Of a stretch of DNA of 64,000 nucleotides, positions 1-15,000 are shown piece by piece; position 1 is the stretch's first letter; each line of letters opens with the position of its first letter. The notes under the pieces were generated by a model. It was not told where the DNA came from. It searched no databases and saw only the letters and a program-made list of their open reading frames with translations. The position numbers and the translations under genes were made by a program. Where the stretch lies: positions 96,038,001 to 96,102,000 of the forward strand of contig OZ024743.1 of assembly GCA_964016885.1 (NCBI GenBank), in the 5' to 3' direction. This DNA comes from Eledone cirrhosa. Taxonomy: Eukaryota.

Positions 1-3000
1 GGAATAGAAAGGCATAGGAAAAGATAGAGAAGGAAGGAATAGAAAGGCGTAGGAAGAGATAGAGAAGGAAGTAATAGAAAGGCGTAGGAAGAGATAGAGA
101 AGGAAAGAATAGAAAGGCGTAGGAAGAGATAGAGAAGGAAGGAATAGAACAGTGTAGGAAGAGATAGAGAAGGAAGGAATGGAAAGGTGTAGGAAGAGTT
201 AGAGAAGGAAGGAATGGAAAGGCGTAGGAAGAGATAGAGAAGGAAGGTATAGAAAGGCGTAGGAATAGATAGAGAAGGAAGGAATAGAAAGGCGTAGGAA
301 GAGATAGAGAAGGAGGAATAGAAAGGCGTAGGAAGAGATAGAGAAGGAGGAATAGAAAGGCGTAGGAAGAGATAGAGAAGGAAGGAATAGAACAGTGTAG
401 GAAGAGATAGAGAAGGAAGGAATGGAAAGGCGTAGGAAAAGATAGAGAAGGAAGGAATGGAAAGGCGTAGGAAGAGATAGAGAAGGAAGGTATAGAAAGG
501 CGTAGGAAGAGATAGAGAAGCAAGGAAGGGAAAGGCATAGGAAAAGATAGAGAAGGAAGGAATAGAAAGGTGTAGGAAGAGATAGAGAAGGAAGGAATGG
601 AAAGGTGTAGGAAGAGATAGAGAAGGAAGGAATAGAAATGTGTAGGAAGAGATAGAGAAGGAAGGAATAGAAAGGTGTAGGAAGAGATAGAGAAGGAAGG
701 TATAGAAAGGCGTAGGAAGAGATAGAGAAGCAAGGAAGGGAAAGGCATAGGAAGAGATAGAGAAGGAAGGAATAGAAATGCGTAGGAAGAGATAGAGAAG
801 GAAGGAATAGAAAGGCGTAGGAAGAGATAGAGAAGGAAGAAATAGAAAGGTGTAGGAAGAGATAGAGAAGGAGGAATAGAAAGGCGTAGGAAGAGATAGA
901 CAAGGAAGGAATAGAAAGGCGTAGGAAGAGATAGAGAAGGAAGGAATGGAAAGGCGTAGGAAGAGATAGAGAAGGAAGGAATAGAAAGGCGTAGGAAGAG
1001 ATAGAGAAGGAAGGAATGGAAAGGTGTAGGAAGAGATAGAGAAGGAAGGAATGGAAAGGTGTAGGAAGAGATAGAGAAGGAAGTAATGGAAAGGCGTAGG
1101 GGGAGATAGAGAAGGAAGGAATAGAAAGGCGTAGGAAGAGATAGAGAAGGAAGGAATGGAAAGGCGTAGGAAGAGATAGAGAAGGAAGGAATGGAAAGGC
1201 ATAGGAAGAGATAGAGAAGGAAGGAATAGAAAGGTGTAGGAAGAGATAGAGAAGGAAGGAATAGAAAGGCGTAGGAAGAGATAGAGGAGGAAGGAATGGA
1301 AAGGCGTAGGAAGAGATAGAGAAGGAAGGAATGGAAAGGTGTAGGAAGAGATAGAGAAGGAAGTAATGGAAAGGCGTAGGAAGAGATAGAGAAGGAAGGA
1401 ATGGAAAGGTGTAGGAAGAGATAGAGAAGGAAGGAATGGAAAGGCGTAGGAAGAGATAGAGAAGGAGGAATAGAAAGGCGTAGGAAGAGATAGAGAAGGA
1501 AGGAATGGAAAGGTGTAGGAAGAGTTAGAGAAGGAAGGAATGGAAAGGCGTAGGAAGAGATAGAGAAGGAAGGAATGGAAAGGCGTAGGAAAAGATAGAG
1601 AAGGAGGAATAGAAAGGCGTAGGAAGAGATAGAGAAGGAAGGAATAGAAAGGCGTAGGAAGAGATAGAGAAGGAAGGAATAGAACAGTGTAGGAAGAGAT
1701 AGAGAAGGAAGGAATAGGAAAACGTAGGAAGAGATATAGAAGGAATGAATGGAAAGGCATAGGAAGAGATAGAGAAGGAAGATATAGAAAGGCGTAGGAA
1801 GAGATAGAGAAGCAAGGAATGGAAAGGCGTAGGAAGAGATAGAGAAGGAAGGAATGGAAAGGCATAGGAAGAGATAGAGAAGGAAGGAATGGAAAGGCTT
1901 AGGAAGAGATAGAGAAGGAAGGAATAGAAAGGTGTAGGAAGAGATAGAGAAGGAGGAATAGAAAGGCGTAGGAAGAGATAGTGAAGGAAGGAATGGAAAG
2001 GTGTAGGAAGAGTTAGAGAAGGAAGGAATGGAAAGGCGTAGGAAAAGATAGAGAAGGAAGGAATAGAAAGGCGTAGGAAGAGATAGAGAAGGAAGTAATA
2101 GAAAGGCGTAGGAAGAGATAGAGAAGGAAAGAATAGAACAGCGTAGGAAGAGATAGAGAAGGAAGGAATAGAAAGGCGTAGGAAGAGATAGAGAAGGAAG
2201 GAATAGAAATGTGTAGGAAGAGATAGAGAAGGAAGGAATGGAAAGGCGTAGGAAGAGATAGAGAAGGAAGGTATAGAAAGGCGTAGAAAGAGATAGAGAA
2301 GGAAGGAATAGAAAGGCGTAGGAAGAGATAGAGAAGGAAGGAATGGAAAGGCGTAGGAAGAGATAGAGAAGGAGGAATAGAAAGGCGTAGGAAGAGATAG
2401 AGAAGGAAGGAATGGAAAGGTATAGGAAGAGTTAGAGAAGGAAGGAATGGAAAGGCGTAGGAAAAGATAGAGAAGGAAGGAATGGAAAGGCGTAGGAAGA
2501 GATAGAGAAGGAGGAATAGAAAGGCGTAGGAAGAGATAGAGAAGGAAGGAATGGAAAGGTATAGGAAGAGTATAGAGAAGGAAGGAATGGAAAGGCGTAG
2601 GAAAAGATAGAGAAGGAAGGAATAGAAAGGCGTAGGAAGAGATAGAGAAGGAAGGAATAGAAAGGTGTAGGAAGAGATAGAGAAGGAAGGAATGGAAAGG
2701 CGTAGGAAGAGATAGAAAAGGAAGGAATGGAAAGGTGTAGGAAGAGATAGAGAAGGAAGGAATGGAAAGGCTTAGGAAGAGATAGAGAAGGAAGGAATAG
2801 AAAGGTGTAGGAAGAGATAGAGAAGTAAGGTATAGAAAGGCGTAGGAAGAGATAGAGAAGGAAGGAATAGAAAGGCGTAGGAAGAGATAGAGAAGGAGGA
2901 ATAGAAAGGCGTAGGAAGAGATAGAGAAGGAAGGAATGGAAAGGCGTAGGAAGAGAGAGAGAAGGAAGGAATGGAAAGGCGTAGGAAGAGATAGAGAAGG

Positions 3001-6000
3001 AAGGTATAGAAAGGCGTAGGAAGAGATAGAGAAGGAAGTAATAGAAAGGCGTAGGATGAGATAGAGAAGGAGGAATAGAAAGGCGTAGGAAGAGATAGAG
3101 AAGGAACGAATAGAAAGGCGTAGGAAGAGATAGAGTAGGAAGTAATAGAACTGCCTAGGAAGAGATAGAGAAGGAAGGAATAGGAAAACGTAGGAAGAGA
3201 TATAGAAGGAATGAATGGAAACGCATAGGAAGAGATAGAGAAGGAAGGAATAGAAAGGCGTAGGAAGAGATAGAGAAGCAAGGAATGGAAAGGCGTAGGA
3301 AGAGATTGAGAAGGAAGGAATGGAAAGGCATAGGAAGAGATAGAGACGGAAGGAATGGAAAGGCGTAGGAAGTGATAGAGAAGGAAGGAATAGAAAGGCG
3401 TAGGAAGAGTTAGAGAAGGAAGGAATGGAAAGGCGTAGGAAGAGATAGAGAAGGAAGGAATAGAAAGGCGTAGGAAGAGATAGAGAAGCAAGGAATGGAA
3501 AGGCGTAGGAAGAGATAGAGAAGGAAGGAATGGAAAGGCATAGGAAGAGATAGAGAAGGAAGGAATGGAAAGGCTTAGGAAGAGATAGAGAAGGAAGGAA
3601 TAGAAAGGTGTAGGAAGAGATAGAGAAGAAAGGTATAGAAAGGCGTAGGAAGAGATAGAGAAGCAAGGAAGGGAAAGGCATAGGAAGAGATAGAGAAGGA
3701 AGGAATAGAAAGGCGTAGGAAGAGATAGAGAAGGAAGGAATGGAAAGGTGTAGGAAGAGATAGAGAAGGAAGGAATAGAAAGGTGTAGGAAGAGATAGAG
3801 AAGGAAGGAATAGAAAGGTGTAGGAAGAGATAGAGAAGGAAGGTATAGAAAGGCGTAGGAAGAGATAGAGAAGCAAGGAAGGGAAAGGCATAGGAAGAGA
3901 TAGAGAAGGAAGGAATAGAAATGCGTAGGAAGAGATAGAGAAGGAAGGAATAGAAAGGCGTAGGAAGAGATAGAGAAGGAAGGAATAGAAAGGTGTAGGA
4001 AGAGATAGAGAAGGAGGAATAGAAAGGCGTAGGAAGAGATAGACAAGGAAGGAATAGAAAGGCGTAGGAAGAGATAGAGAAGGAAGGAATGGAAAGGCGT
4101 AGGAAGAGATAGAGAAGGAAGGAATAGAAAGGCGTAGGAAGAGATAGAGAAGGAAGGAATGGAAAGGTGTAGGAAGAGATAGAGAAGGAAGGAATGGAAA
4201 GGTGTAGGAAGAGATAGAGAAGGAAGTAATGGAAAGGCGTAGGGGGAGATAGAGAAGGAAGGAATAGAAAGGCGTAGGAAGAGATAGAGAAGGAAGGAAT
4301 GGAAAGGCGTAGGGAGAGATAGAGAAGGAAGGAATGGAAAGGCGTAGGAAGAGATAGAGAAGGAAGGAATGGAAAGGCATAGGAAGAGATAGAGAAGGAA
4401 GGAATAGAAAGGCGTAGGAAGAGATAGAGAAGGAAGTAATGGAAAGGCGTAGGAAGAGATAGAGAAGGAAGGAATGGAAAGGTGTAGGAAGAGATAGAGA
4501 AGGAAGGAATGGAAAGGCGTTGGAAGAGATAGAGAAGGAGGAATAGAAAGGCGTAGGAAGAGATAGAGAAGGAAGGAATGGAAAGGTGTAGGAAGAGTTA
4601 GAGAAGGAAGGAATGGAAAGGCGTAGGAAGAGATAGAGAAGGAAGGAATGGAAAGGCGTAGGAAAATATAGAGAAGGAGGAATAGAATGGCGTAGGAAGA
4701 GATAGAGAAGGAAGGAATAGAAAGGCGTAGGAAGAGATAGAGAAGGAAGGAATAGAACAGTGTAGGAAGAGATAGAGAAGGAAGGAATAGAAAGGCGTAG
4801 GAAGAGATAGAGAAGGAAGGAATAGAAAGGTGTAGGAAGAGATAGAGAAGGAAGGAATGGAAAGGCGTAGGAAGAGATAGAGAAGGAAGGAATAGAAAGG
4901 CGTAGGAAGAGATAGAGAAGCAAGGAATGGAAAGGCTTAGGAAGAGATAGAGAAGGAAGGAATAGAAAGGCGTAGGAAGAGATAGAGAAGGAAGGAATGG
5001 AAAGGTGTAGGAAGAGATAGAGAAGGAAGGAATAGAAAGGCGTAGGAAGAGATAGAGAAGGAAGGAATGGAAAGGTGTAGGAAGAGATAGAGAAGGAAGG
5101 AATGGAAAGGCGTAGGAAGAGATAGAGAAGGAAGGAATAGAAAGGCGTAGGAAGAGATAGAGAAGCAAGGAATGGAAAGGCTTAGGAAGAGATAGAGAAG
5201 GAAGGAATAGAAAGGCGTAGGAAGAGATAGAGAAGGAAGGAATGGAAAGGTGTAGGAAGAGATAGAGAAGGAAGGAATAGAAAGGTGTAGGAAGAGATAG
5301 AGAAGGAAGGAATGGAAAGGCTTAGGAAGAGATAGAGAAGGAAGGAATAGAAAGGTGTAGGAAGAGATAGAGAAGGAAGGAATGGTAAGGCGTAGGAAGA
5401 GATAGAGAAGGAAGTAATAGAAAGGCGTAGGAAGAGATAGAGAAGGAAAGAATAGAACAGCGTAGGAAGAGATAGAGAAGGAAGGAATAGAAAGGTGTAG
5501 GAAGAGATAGAGAAGTACGGAATGGAAAGGCGTAGGAAGAGATAGAGAAGCAAGGAATGGAAAGGCTTAGGAAGAGATAGAGAAGGAAGGAATAGAAAGG
5601 CGTAGGAAGAGATAGAGAAGGAAGGAATGGAAAGGTGTAGGAAGAGATAGAGAAGGAAGGAATAGAAAGGTGTAGGAACAGATAGAGAAGGAAGGAATGG
5701 AAAGGCTTAGGAAGAGATAGAGAAGGAAGGAATAGAAAGGTGTAGGAAGAGATAGAGAAGGAAGGAATGGAAAGGCGTAGGAAGAGATAGAGAAGGAAGT
5801 AATAGAAAGGCGTAGGAAGAGATAGAGAAGGAAAGAATAGAACAGCGTAGGAAGAGATAGAGAAGGAAGGAATAGAAAGGTGTAGGAAGAGATAGAGAAG
5901 GAAGGAATGGAAAGGCGTAGGAAGAGATAGAGAAGGAGGAATAGAAAGGCGTAGGAAGAGATAGTGAAGGAAGGAATGGAAAGGTGTAGGAAGAGTTAGA

Positions 6001-9000
6001 GAAGGAAGGAATGGAAAGGTGTAGGAAGAGATAGAGAAGGAAGTAATAGAAAGGCGTAGGAAGAGATAGAGAAGGAAAGAATAGAACAGCGTAGGAGGAG
6101 ATAGAGAAGGAAGGAATAGAAAGGCGTAGGAAGAGATAGAGAAGGAAGGAATAGAAATGTGTAGGAAGAGATAGAAAAGGAAGGAATGGAAAGGCGTAGG
6201 AAGAGATAGAGAAGGAAAGAATAGAACAGCGTAGGAAGAGATAGAGAAGGAAGGAATAGAAAGGCGTAGGAAAAGATAGAGAAGGAAGGAATAGAAAGGC
6301 GTAGGAAGAGATAGAGAAGGAAGTAATAGAAAGGCGTAGGAAGAGATAGAGAAGGAAAGAATAGAAAGGCGTAGGAAGAGATAGAGAAGGAAGGAATAGA
6401 ACAGTGTAGGAAGAGATAGAGAAGGAAGGAATGGAAAGGTGTAGGAAGAGTTAGAGAAGGAAGGAATGGAAAGGCGTAGGAAGAGATAGAGAAGGAAGGT
6501 ATAGAAAGGCGTAGGAATAGATAGAGAAGGAAGGAATAGAAAGGCGTAGGAAGAGATAGAGAAGGAGGAATAGAAAGGCGTAGGAAGAGATAGAGAAGGA
6601 GGAATAGAAAGGCGTAGGAAGAGATAGAGAAGGAAGTAATAGAACTGCCTAGGAAGAGATAGAGAAGGAAGGAATAGGAAAACGTAGGAAGAGATATAGA
6701 AGGAATGAATGGAAAGGCATAGGAAGAGATAGAGAAGGAAGGAATAGAAAGGCGTAGGAAGAGATAGAGAAGCAAGGAATGGAAAGGCGTAGGAAGAGAT
6801 AGAGAAGGAAGGAATGGAAAGGCATAGGAAGAGATAGAGAAGGAAGGAATGGAAAGGCGTAGGAAGTGATAGAGAAGGAAGGAATAGAAAGGCGTAGGAA
6901 GAGATATAGAAGGAATGAATTGAAAGGCGTAGGAAGAGATAGAGAAGGAAGGAATAGAAAGGCGTAGGAAGAGATAGAGAAGCAAGGAATGGAAAGGCGT
7001 AGGAAGAGATAGAGAAGGAAGGAATGGAAAGGCATAGGAAGAGATAGAGAAGGAAGGAATGGAAAGGCTTAGGAAGAGATAGAGAAGGAAGGAATAGAAA
7101 GGTGTAGGAAGAGATAGAGAAGGAAGGTATAGAAAGGCGTAGGAAGAGATAGAGAAGCAAGGAAGGGAAAGGCATAGGAAGAGATAGAGAAGGAAGGAAT
7201 AGAAAGGCGTAGGAAGAGATAGAGAAGGAAGGAATGGAAAGGTGTAGGAAGAGATAGAGAAGGAAGGAATAGAAAGGTGTAGGAAGAGATAGAGAAGGAA
7301 GGAATAGAAAGGTGTAGGAATAGATAGAGAAGGAAGGTATAGAAAGGCGTAGGAAGAGATAGAGAAGGAAGGAATAGAAAGGCGTAGGAAGAGATAGAGG
7401 AGGAAGGAATGGAAAGGCGTAGGAAGAGATAGAGAAGGAAGGAATAGAAAGGCGTAGGAAGAGATAGAGAAGGAAGGAATGGAAAGGTGTAGGAAGAGAT
7501 AGAGAAGGAAGGAATAGAAAGGTGTAGGAACAGATAGAGAAGGAAGGAATGGAAAGGCTTAGGAAGAGATAGAGAAGGAAGGAATAGAAAAGTGTAGGAA
7601 GAGATAGAGAAGGAAGGAATGGAAAGGCGTTGGAAGAGATAGAGAAGGAAGTAATAGAAAGGCGTAGGAAGAGATAGAGAAGGAAAGAATAGAACAGCGT
7701 AGGAAGAGATAGAGAAGGAAGGAATAGAAAGGTGTAGGAAGAGATAGAGAAGGAAGGAATGGAAAGGCGTAGGAAGAGATAGAGAAGGAGGAATAGAAAG
7801 GCGTAGGAAGAGATAGTGAAGGAAGGAATGGAAAGGTGTAGGAAGAGTTAGAGAAGGAAGGAATGGAAAGGTGTAGGAAGAGATAGAGAAGGAAGTAATA
7901 GAAAGGCGTAGGAAGAGATAGAGAAGGAAAGAATAGAACAGCGTAGGAAGAGATAGAGAAGGAAGGAATAGAAAGGCGTAGGAAGAGATAGAGAAGGAAG
8001 GAATAGAAATGTGTAGGAAGAGATAGAAAAGGAAGGAATGGAAAGGCGTAGGAAGAGATAGAGAAGGAAAGAATAGAACAGCGTAGGAAGAGATAGAGAA
8101 GGAAGGAATAGAAAGGCATAGGAAAAGATAGAGAAGGAAGGAATAGAAAGGCGTAGGAAGAGATAGAGAAGGAAGTAATAGAAAGGCGTAGGAAGAGATA
8201 GAGAAGGAAAGAATAGAAAGGCGTAGGAAGAGATAGAGAAGGAAGGAATAGAACAGTGTAGGAAGAGATAGAGAAGGAAGGAATGGAAAGGTGTAGGAAG
8301 AGTTAGAGAAGGAAGGAATGGAAAGGCGTAGGAAGAGATAGAGAAGGAAGGTATAGAAAGGCGTAGGAATAGATAGAGAAGGAAGGAATAGAAAGGCGTA
8401 GGAAGAGATAGAGAAGGAGGAATAGAAAGGCGTAGGAAGAGATAGAGAAGGAGGAATAGAAAGGCGTAGGAAGAGATAGAGAAGGAAGTAATAGAACTGC
8501 CTAGGAAGAGATAGAGAAGGAAGGAATAGGAAAACGTAGGAAGAGATATAGAAGGAATGAATGGAAAGGCATAGGAAGAGATAGAGAAGGAAGGAATAGA
8601 AAGGCGTAGGAAGAGATAGAGAAGCAAGGAATGGAAAGGCGTAGGAAGAGATAGAGAAGGAAGGAATGGAAAGGCATAGGAAGAGATAGAGAAGGAAGGA
8701 ATGGAAAGGCGTAGGAAGTGATAGAGAAGGAAGGAATAGAAAGGCGTAGGAAGAGATATAGAAGGAATGAATGGAAAGGCGTAGGAAGAGATAGAGAAGG
8801 AAGGAATAGAAAGGCGTAGGAAGAGATAGAGAAGCAAGGAATGGAAAGGCGTAGGAAGAGATAGAGAAGGAAGGAATGGAAAGGCATAGGAAGAGATAGA
8901 GAAGGAAGGAATGGAAAGGCTTAGGAAGAGATAGAGAAGGAAGGAATAGAAAGGTGTAGGAAGAGATAGAGAAGGAAGGTATAGAAAGGCGTAGGAAGAG

Positions 9001-12000
9001 ATAGAGAAGCAAGGAAGGGAAAGGCATAGGAAGAGATAGAGAAGGAAGGAATAGAAAGGCGTAGGAAGAGATAGAGAAGGAAGGAATGGAAAGGTGTAGG
9101 AAGAGATAGAGAAGGAAGGAATAGAAAGGTGTAGGAAGAGATAGAGAAGGAAGGAATAGAAAGGTGTAGGAATAGATAGAGAAGGAAGGTATAGAAAGGC
9201 GTAGGAAGAGATAGAGAAGGAAGGAATAGAAAGGCGTAGGAAGAGATAGAGGAGGAAGGAATGGAAAGGCGTAGGAAGAGATAGAGAAGGAAGGAATAGA
9301 AAGGCGTAGGAAGAGATAGAGAAGGAAGGAATGGAAAGGTGTAGGAAGAGATAGAGAAGGAAGGAATAGAAAGGTGTAGGAACAGATAGAGAAGGAAGGA
9401 ATGGAAAGGCTTAGGAAGAGATAGAGAAGGAAGGAATAGAAAAGTGTAGGAAGAGATAGAGAAGGAAGGAATGGAAAGGCGTTGGAAGAGATAGAGAAGG
9501 AAGTAATAGAAAGGCGTAGGAAGAGATAGAGAAGGAAAGAATAGAACAGCGTAGGAAGAGATAGAGAAGGAAGGAATAGAAAGGTGTAGGAAGAGATAGA
9601 GAAGGAAGGAATGGAAAGGCGTAGGAAGAGATAGAGAAGGAGGAATAGAAAGGCGTAGGAAGAGATAGTGAAGGAAGGAATGGAAAGGTGTAGGAAGAGT
9701 TAGAGAAGGAAGGAATGGAAAGGTGTAGGAAGAGATAGAGAAGGAAGTAATAGAAAGGCGTAGGAAGAGATAGAGAAGGAAAGAATAGAACAGCGTAGGA
9801 AGAGATAGAGAAGGAAGGAATAGAAAGGCGTAGGAAGAGATAGAGAAGGAAGGAATAGAAAGGCGTAGGAAGAGATAGAGAAGGAAGTAATAGAAAGGCG
9901 TAGGAAGAGATAGAGAAGGAAAGAATAGAAAGGCGTAGGAAGAGATAGAGAAGGAAGGAATAGAACAGTGTAGGAGGAGAGAAGGAAGGAATAGAAAGGC
10001 GTAGGAAGAGATAGAGAAGGAAGTAATAGAAAGGCGTAGGAAGAGATAGAGAAGGAAAGAATAGAAAGGCGTAGGAAGAGATAGAGAAGGAAGGAATAGA
10101 ACAGTGTAGGAAGAGATAGAGAAGGAAGGAATGGAAAGGTGTAGGAAGAGTTAGAGAAGGAAGGAATGGAAAGGCGTAGGAAGAGAGAGAGAAGGAAGGA
10201 ATGGAAAGGCGTAGGAAGAGATAGAGAAGGAAGGTATAGAAAGGCGTAGGAATAGATAGAGAAGGAAGGAATAGAAAGGCGTAGGAAGAGATAGAGAAGG
10301 AGGAATAGAAAGGCGTAGGAAGAGATAGAGAAGGAGGAATAGAAAGGCGTAGGAAGAGATAGAGAAGGAAGTAATAGAACTGCCTAGGAAGAGATAGAGA
10401 AGGAAGGAATAGGAAAACGTAGGAAGAGATATAGAAGGAATGAATGGAAAGGCATAGAAAGAGATAGAGAAGGAAGGAATAGAAAGGCGTAGGAAGAGAT
10501 AGAGAAGCAAGGAATGGAAAGGCGTAGGAAGAGATAGAGAAGGAAGGAATGGAAAGGCATAGGAAGAGATAGAGAAGGAAGGAATGGAAAGGCGTAGGAA
10601 GTGATAGAGAAGGAAGGAATAGAAAGGCGTAGGAAGAGATAGAGAAGCAAGGAATGGAAAGGCGTAGGAAGAGATAGAGAAGGAAGGAATGGAAAGGCAT
10701 AGGAAGAGATAGAGAAGGAAGGAATGGAAAGGCTTAGGAAGAGATAGAGAAGGAAGGAATAGAAAGGTGTAGGAAGAGATAGAGAAGGAAGGTATAGAAA
10801 GGCGTAGGAAGAGATAGAGAAGGAAGGAATGGAAAGGCATAGGAAGAGATAGAGAAGGAAGGAATAGAAAGGCGTAGGAAGAGATAGAGAGGGAAGGAAT
10901 GGAAAGGTGTAGGAAGAGATAGAGAAGGAAGGAATAGAAAGGCGTAGGAAGAGATAGAGAAGGAAGGAATAGAAAGGTGTAGGAAGAGATAGAGAAGGAA
11001 GGAATGGAAAGGCGTAGGAAGAGATAGAGAAGGAAGGAATAGAAAGGCGTAGGAAGAGATAGAGAAGCAAGGAATGGAAAGGCTTAGGAAGAGATAGAGA
11101 AGGAAGGAATAGAAAGGCGTAGGAAGAGATAGAGAAGGAAGGAATGGAAAGGTGTAGGAAGAGATAGAGAAGGAAGGAATAAAAAGGCGTAGGAAGAGAT
11201 AGAGAAGGAAGGAATGGAAAGGTGTAGGAAGAGATAGAGAAGGAAGGAATGGAAAGGCGTAGGAAGAGATAGAGAAGAAAGGAATAGAAAGGCGTAGGAA
11301 GAGATAGAGAAGCAAGGAATGGAAAGGCTTAGGAAGAGATAGAGAAGGAAGGAATAGAAAGGCGTAGGAAGAGATAGAGAAGGAAGAAATGGAAAGGTGT
11401 AGGAAGAGATAGAGAAGGAAGGAATAGAAAGGTGTAGGAAGAGATAGAGAAGGAAGGAATGGAAAGGCTTAGGAAGAGATAGAGAAGGAAGGAATAGAAA
11501 GGTGTAGGAAGAGATAGAGAAGGAAGGAATGGTAAGGCGTAGGAAGAGATAGAGAAGGAAGTAATAGAAAGGCGTAGGAAGAGATAGAGAAGGAAAGAAT
11601 AGAACAGCGTAGGAAGAGATAGAGAAGGAAGGAATAGAAAGGTGTAGGAACAGATAGAGAAGGAAGGAATGGAAAGGCTTAGGAAGAGATAGAGAAGGAA
11701 GGAATATAAAGGTGTAGGAAGAGATAGAGAAGGAAGGAATGGAAAGGCGTAGGAAGAGATAGAGAAGGAAGTAATAGAAAGGCGTAGGAAGAGATAGAGA
11801 AGGAAAGAATAGAACAGCGTAGGAAGAGATAGAGAAGGAAGGAATAGAAAGGCGTAGGAAAAGATAGAGAAGGAAGGAATAGAAAGGCGTAGGAAGAGAT
11901 AGAGAAGGAAGTAATAGAAAGGCGTAGGAAGAGATAGAGAAGGAAAGAATAGAACAGTGTAGGAAGAGATAGAGAAGGAAGGAATGGAAAGGTGTAGGAA

Positions 12001-15000
12001 GAGTTAGAGAAGGAAGGAATGGAAAGGCGTAGGAAGAGAGAGAGAAGGAAGGAATGGCAAGGCGTAGGAAGAGATAGAGAAGGAAGGTATAGAAAGGCGT
12101 AGGAATAGATAGAGAAGGAAGGAATAGAAAGGCGTAGGAAGAGATAGAGAAGGAGGAATAGAAAGGCGTAGGAAGAGATAGAGAAGGAGGAATAGAAAGG
12201 CGTAGGAAGAGATAGAGAAGGAAGTAATAGAACTGCCTAGGAAGAGATAGAGAAGGAAGGAATAGGAAAACGTAGGAAGAGATATAGAAGGAATAAATGG
12301 AAAGGCATAGGAAGAGATAGAGAAGGAAGGAATAGAAAGGCGTAGGAAGAGATAGAGAAGCAAGGAATGGAAAGGCGTAGGAAGAGATAGAGAAGGAAGG
12401 AATGGAAAGGCATAGGAAGAGATAGAGAAGGAAGGAATGGAAAGGCGTAGGAAGTGATAGAGAAGGAAGGAATAGAAAGGCGTAGGAAGAGATATAGAAG
12501 GAATGAATGGAAAGGCGTAGGAAGGGATAGAGAAGGAAGGAATAGAAAGGCGTAGGAAGAGATAGAGAAGCAAGGAATGGAAAGGCGTAGGAAGAGATAG
12601 AGAAGGAAGGAATGGAAAGGCATAGGAAGAGATAGAGAAGGAAGGAATGGAAAGGCTTAAGAAGAGATAGAGAAGGAAGGAATAGAAAGGTGTAGGAAGA
12701 GATAGAGAAGGAAGGTATAGAAAGGCGTAGGAAGAGATAGAGAAGCAAGGAAGGGAAAGGCATAGGAAGAGATAGAGAAGGAAGGAATAGAAAGGCGTAG
12801 GAAGAGATAGAGAAGGAAGGAATGGAAAGGTGTAGGAAGAGATAGAGAAGGAAGGAATAGAAAGGTGTAGGAAGAGATAGAGAAGGAAGGAATAGAAAGG
12901 TGTAGGAAGAGATAGAGAAGGAAGGTATAGAAAGGCGTAGGAAGAGATAGAGAAGGAAGGAATAGAAAGGCGTAGGAAGAGATAGAGGAGGAAGGAATGG
13001 AAAGGCGTAGGAATAGATAGAGAAGGAAGGAATGGAAAGGCGTAGGAAGAGATAGAGGAGGAAGGAATAGAAAGGCGTAGGAAGAGATAGAGAAGGAAGG
13101 AATAGAAAGGCGTAGGAAGAGATAGAGAAGGAAGGAATAGAAAGGTGTAGGAAGAGATAGAGAAGGAAGGTATAGAAAGGCGTAGGAAGAGATAGAGAAG
13201 CAAGGAAGGGAAAGGCATAGGAAGAGATAGAGAAGGAAGGAATAGAAAGGCGTAGAAAGAGATAGAGAAGGAAGGAATAGAAAGGCGTAGGAAGAGATAG
13301 AGAAGGAAGGAATAGAAAGGCGTAGGAAGAGATAGAGGAGGAAGGAATGGAAAGGCGTAGGAAGAGATAGAGGAGGAAAGAATAGAACAGCGTAGGAAGA
13401 GATAGAGAAGGAAGGTATAGAAAGGCGTAGGAAGAGATAGAGAAGGAAGGAATAGAAAGGTGTAGGAAGAGATAGAGAAGGAAGGAATAGAAAGGTGTAG
13501 GAAGAGATAGAGAAGGAAGGAATAGAAAGGCGTAGGAAGAGATAGAGAAGGAAGGAATAGAAAGGTGTAGGAAGAGATAGAGAAGGAAGGAATAGAAAGG
13601 TGTAGGAAGAGATAGAGAAGGAAGGAATAGAAAGGTGTAGGAAGAGATAGAGAAGGAAGGAATGGAAAGGCGTAGGAAGAGATAGAGAAGGAAGGAATAG
13701 AAAGGTGTAGGAAGAGATAGAGAAGGAGGAATAGAAAGGCGTAGGAAGAGATAGAGAAGCAAGGAAGGGAAAGGCATAGGAAGAGATAGAGAAGGAAGGA
13801 ATAGAAAGGTGTAGGAAGAGATAGAGAAGGAAGGAATGGAAAGGCGTAGGAAGAGATAGCGAAGGAAGGAATAGAAAGGCGTAGGAAGAGATAGAGAAGG
13901 AAGGAATAGAAAGGCGTAGGAAGAGATAGCGAAGGAAGGAATGGAAAGGTGTAGGAAGAGATAGAGAAGGAAGGAATAGAAAGGTGTAGGAAGAGATAGA
14001 GAAGGAGGAATAGAAAGGCGTAGGAAGAGATAGAGAAGCAAGGAAGGGAAAGGCATAGGAAGAGATAGAGAAGGAAGGAATAGAAAGGTGTAGGAAGAGA
14101 TAGAGAAGGAAGGAATGGAAAGGCGTAGGAAGAGATAGCGAAGGAAGGAATAGAAAGGCGTAGGAAGAGATAGAGAAGGAAGGAATAGAAAGGCGTAGGA
14201 AGAGATAGCGAAGGAAGGAATAGAAAGGTGTAGGAAGAGATAGAGAAGGAAGGAATAGAAAGGCGTAGGAAGAGATAGCGAAGGAAGGAATAGAAAGGTG
14301 TAGGAAGAGATAGAGAAGGAAGGAATAGAAAGGTGTAGGAAGAGATAGAGAAGGAAGGAATAGAAAGGTGTAGGAAGAGATAGAGAAGGAAGGAATGGAA
14401 AGGCGTAGGAAGAGATAGAGAAGGAAGGAATAGAAAGGTGTAGGAAGAGATAGAGAAGGAGGAATAGAAAGGCGTAGGAAGAGATAGAGAAGCAAGGAAG
14501 GGAAAGGCATAGGAAGAGATAGAGAAGGAAGGAATAGAAAGGTGTAGGAAGAGATAGAGAAGGAAGGAATGGAAAGGCGTAGGAAGAGATAGCGAAGGAA
14601 GGAATAGAAAGGCGTAGGAAGAGATAGAGAAGGAAGGAATGGAAAGGCGTAGGAAGAGATAGAGAAGGAAGGAATAGAAAGGCGTAGGAAAAGATAGAGA
14701 AGGAAGGAATAGAAAGGCGTAGGAAGAGATAGAGGAGGAAGGAATGGAAAGGCGTAGGAAGAGATAGAGAAGGAAGGTATAGAAAGGCGTAGGAAGAGAT
14801 AGAGAAGGAAGGAATAGAAAGGCGTAGGAAGAGATAGAGGAGGAAGGAATAGAAAGGCGTAGGAAGAGATAGAGGAGGAAGGAATAGAAAGGCGTAGGAA
14901 GAGATAGAGAAGGAAGGAATAGAAAGGCGTAGGAAGAGATAGAGAAGGAAGGAATAGAAAGGCGTAGGAAGAGATAGAGAAGGAAGGTATAGAAAGGCGT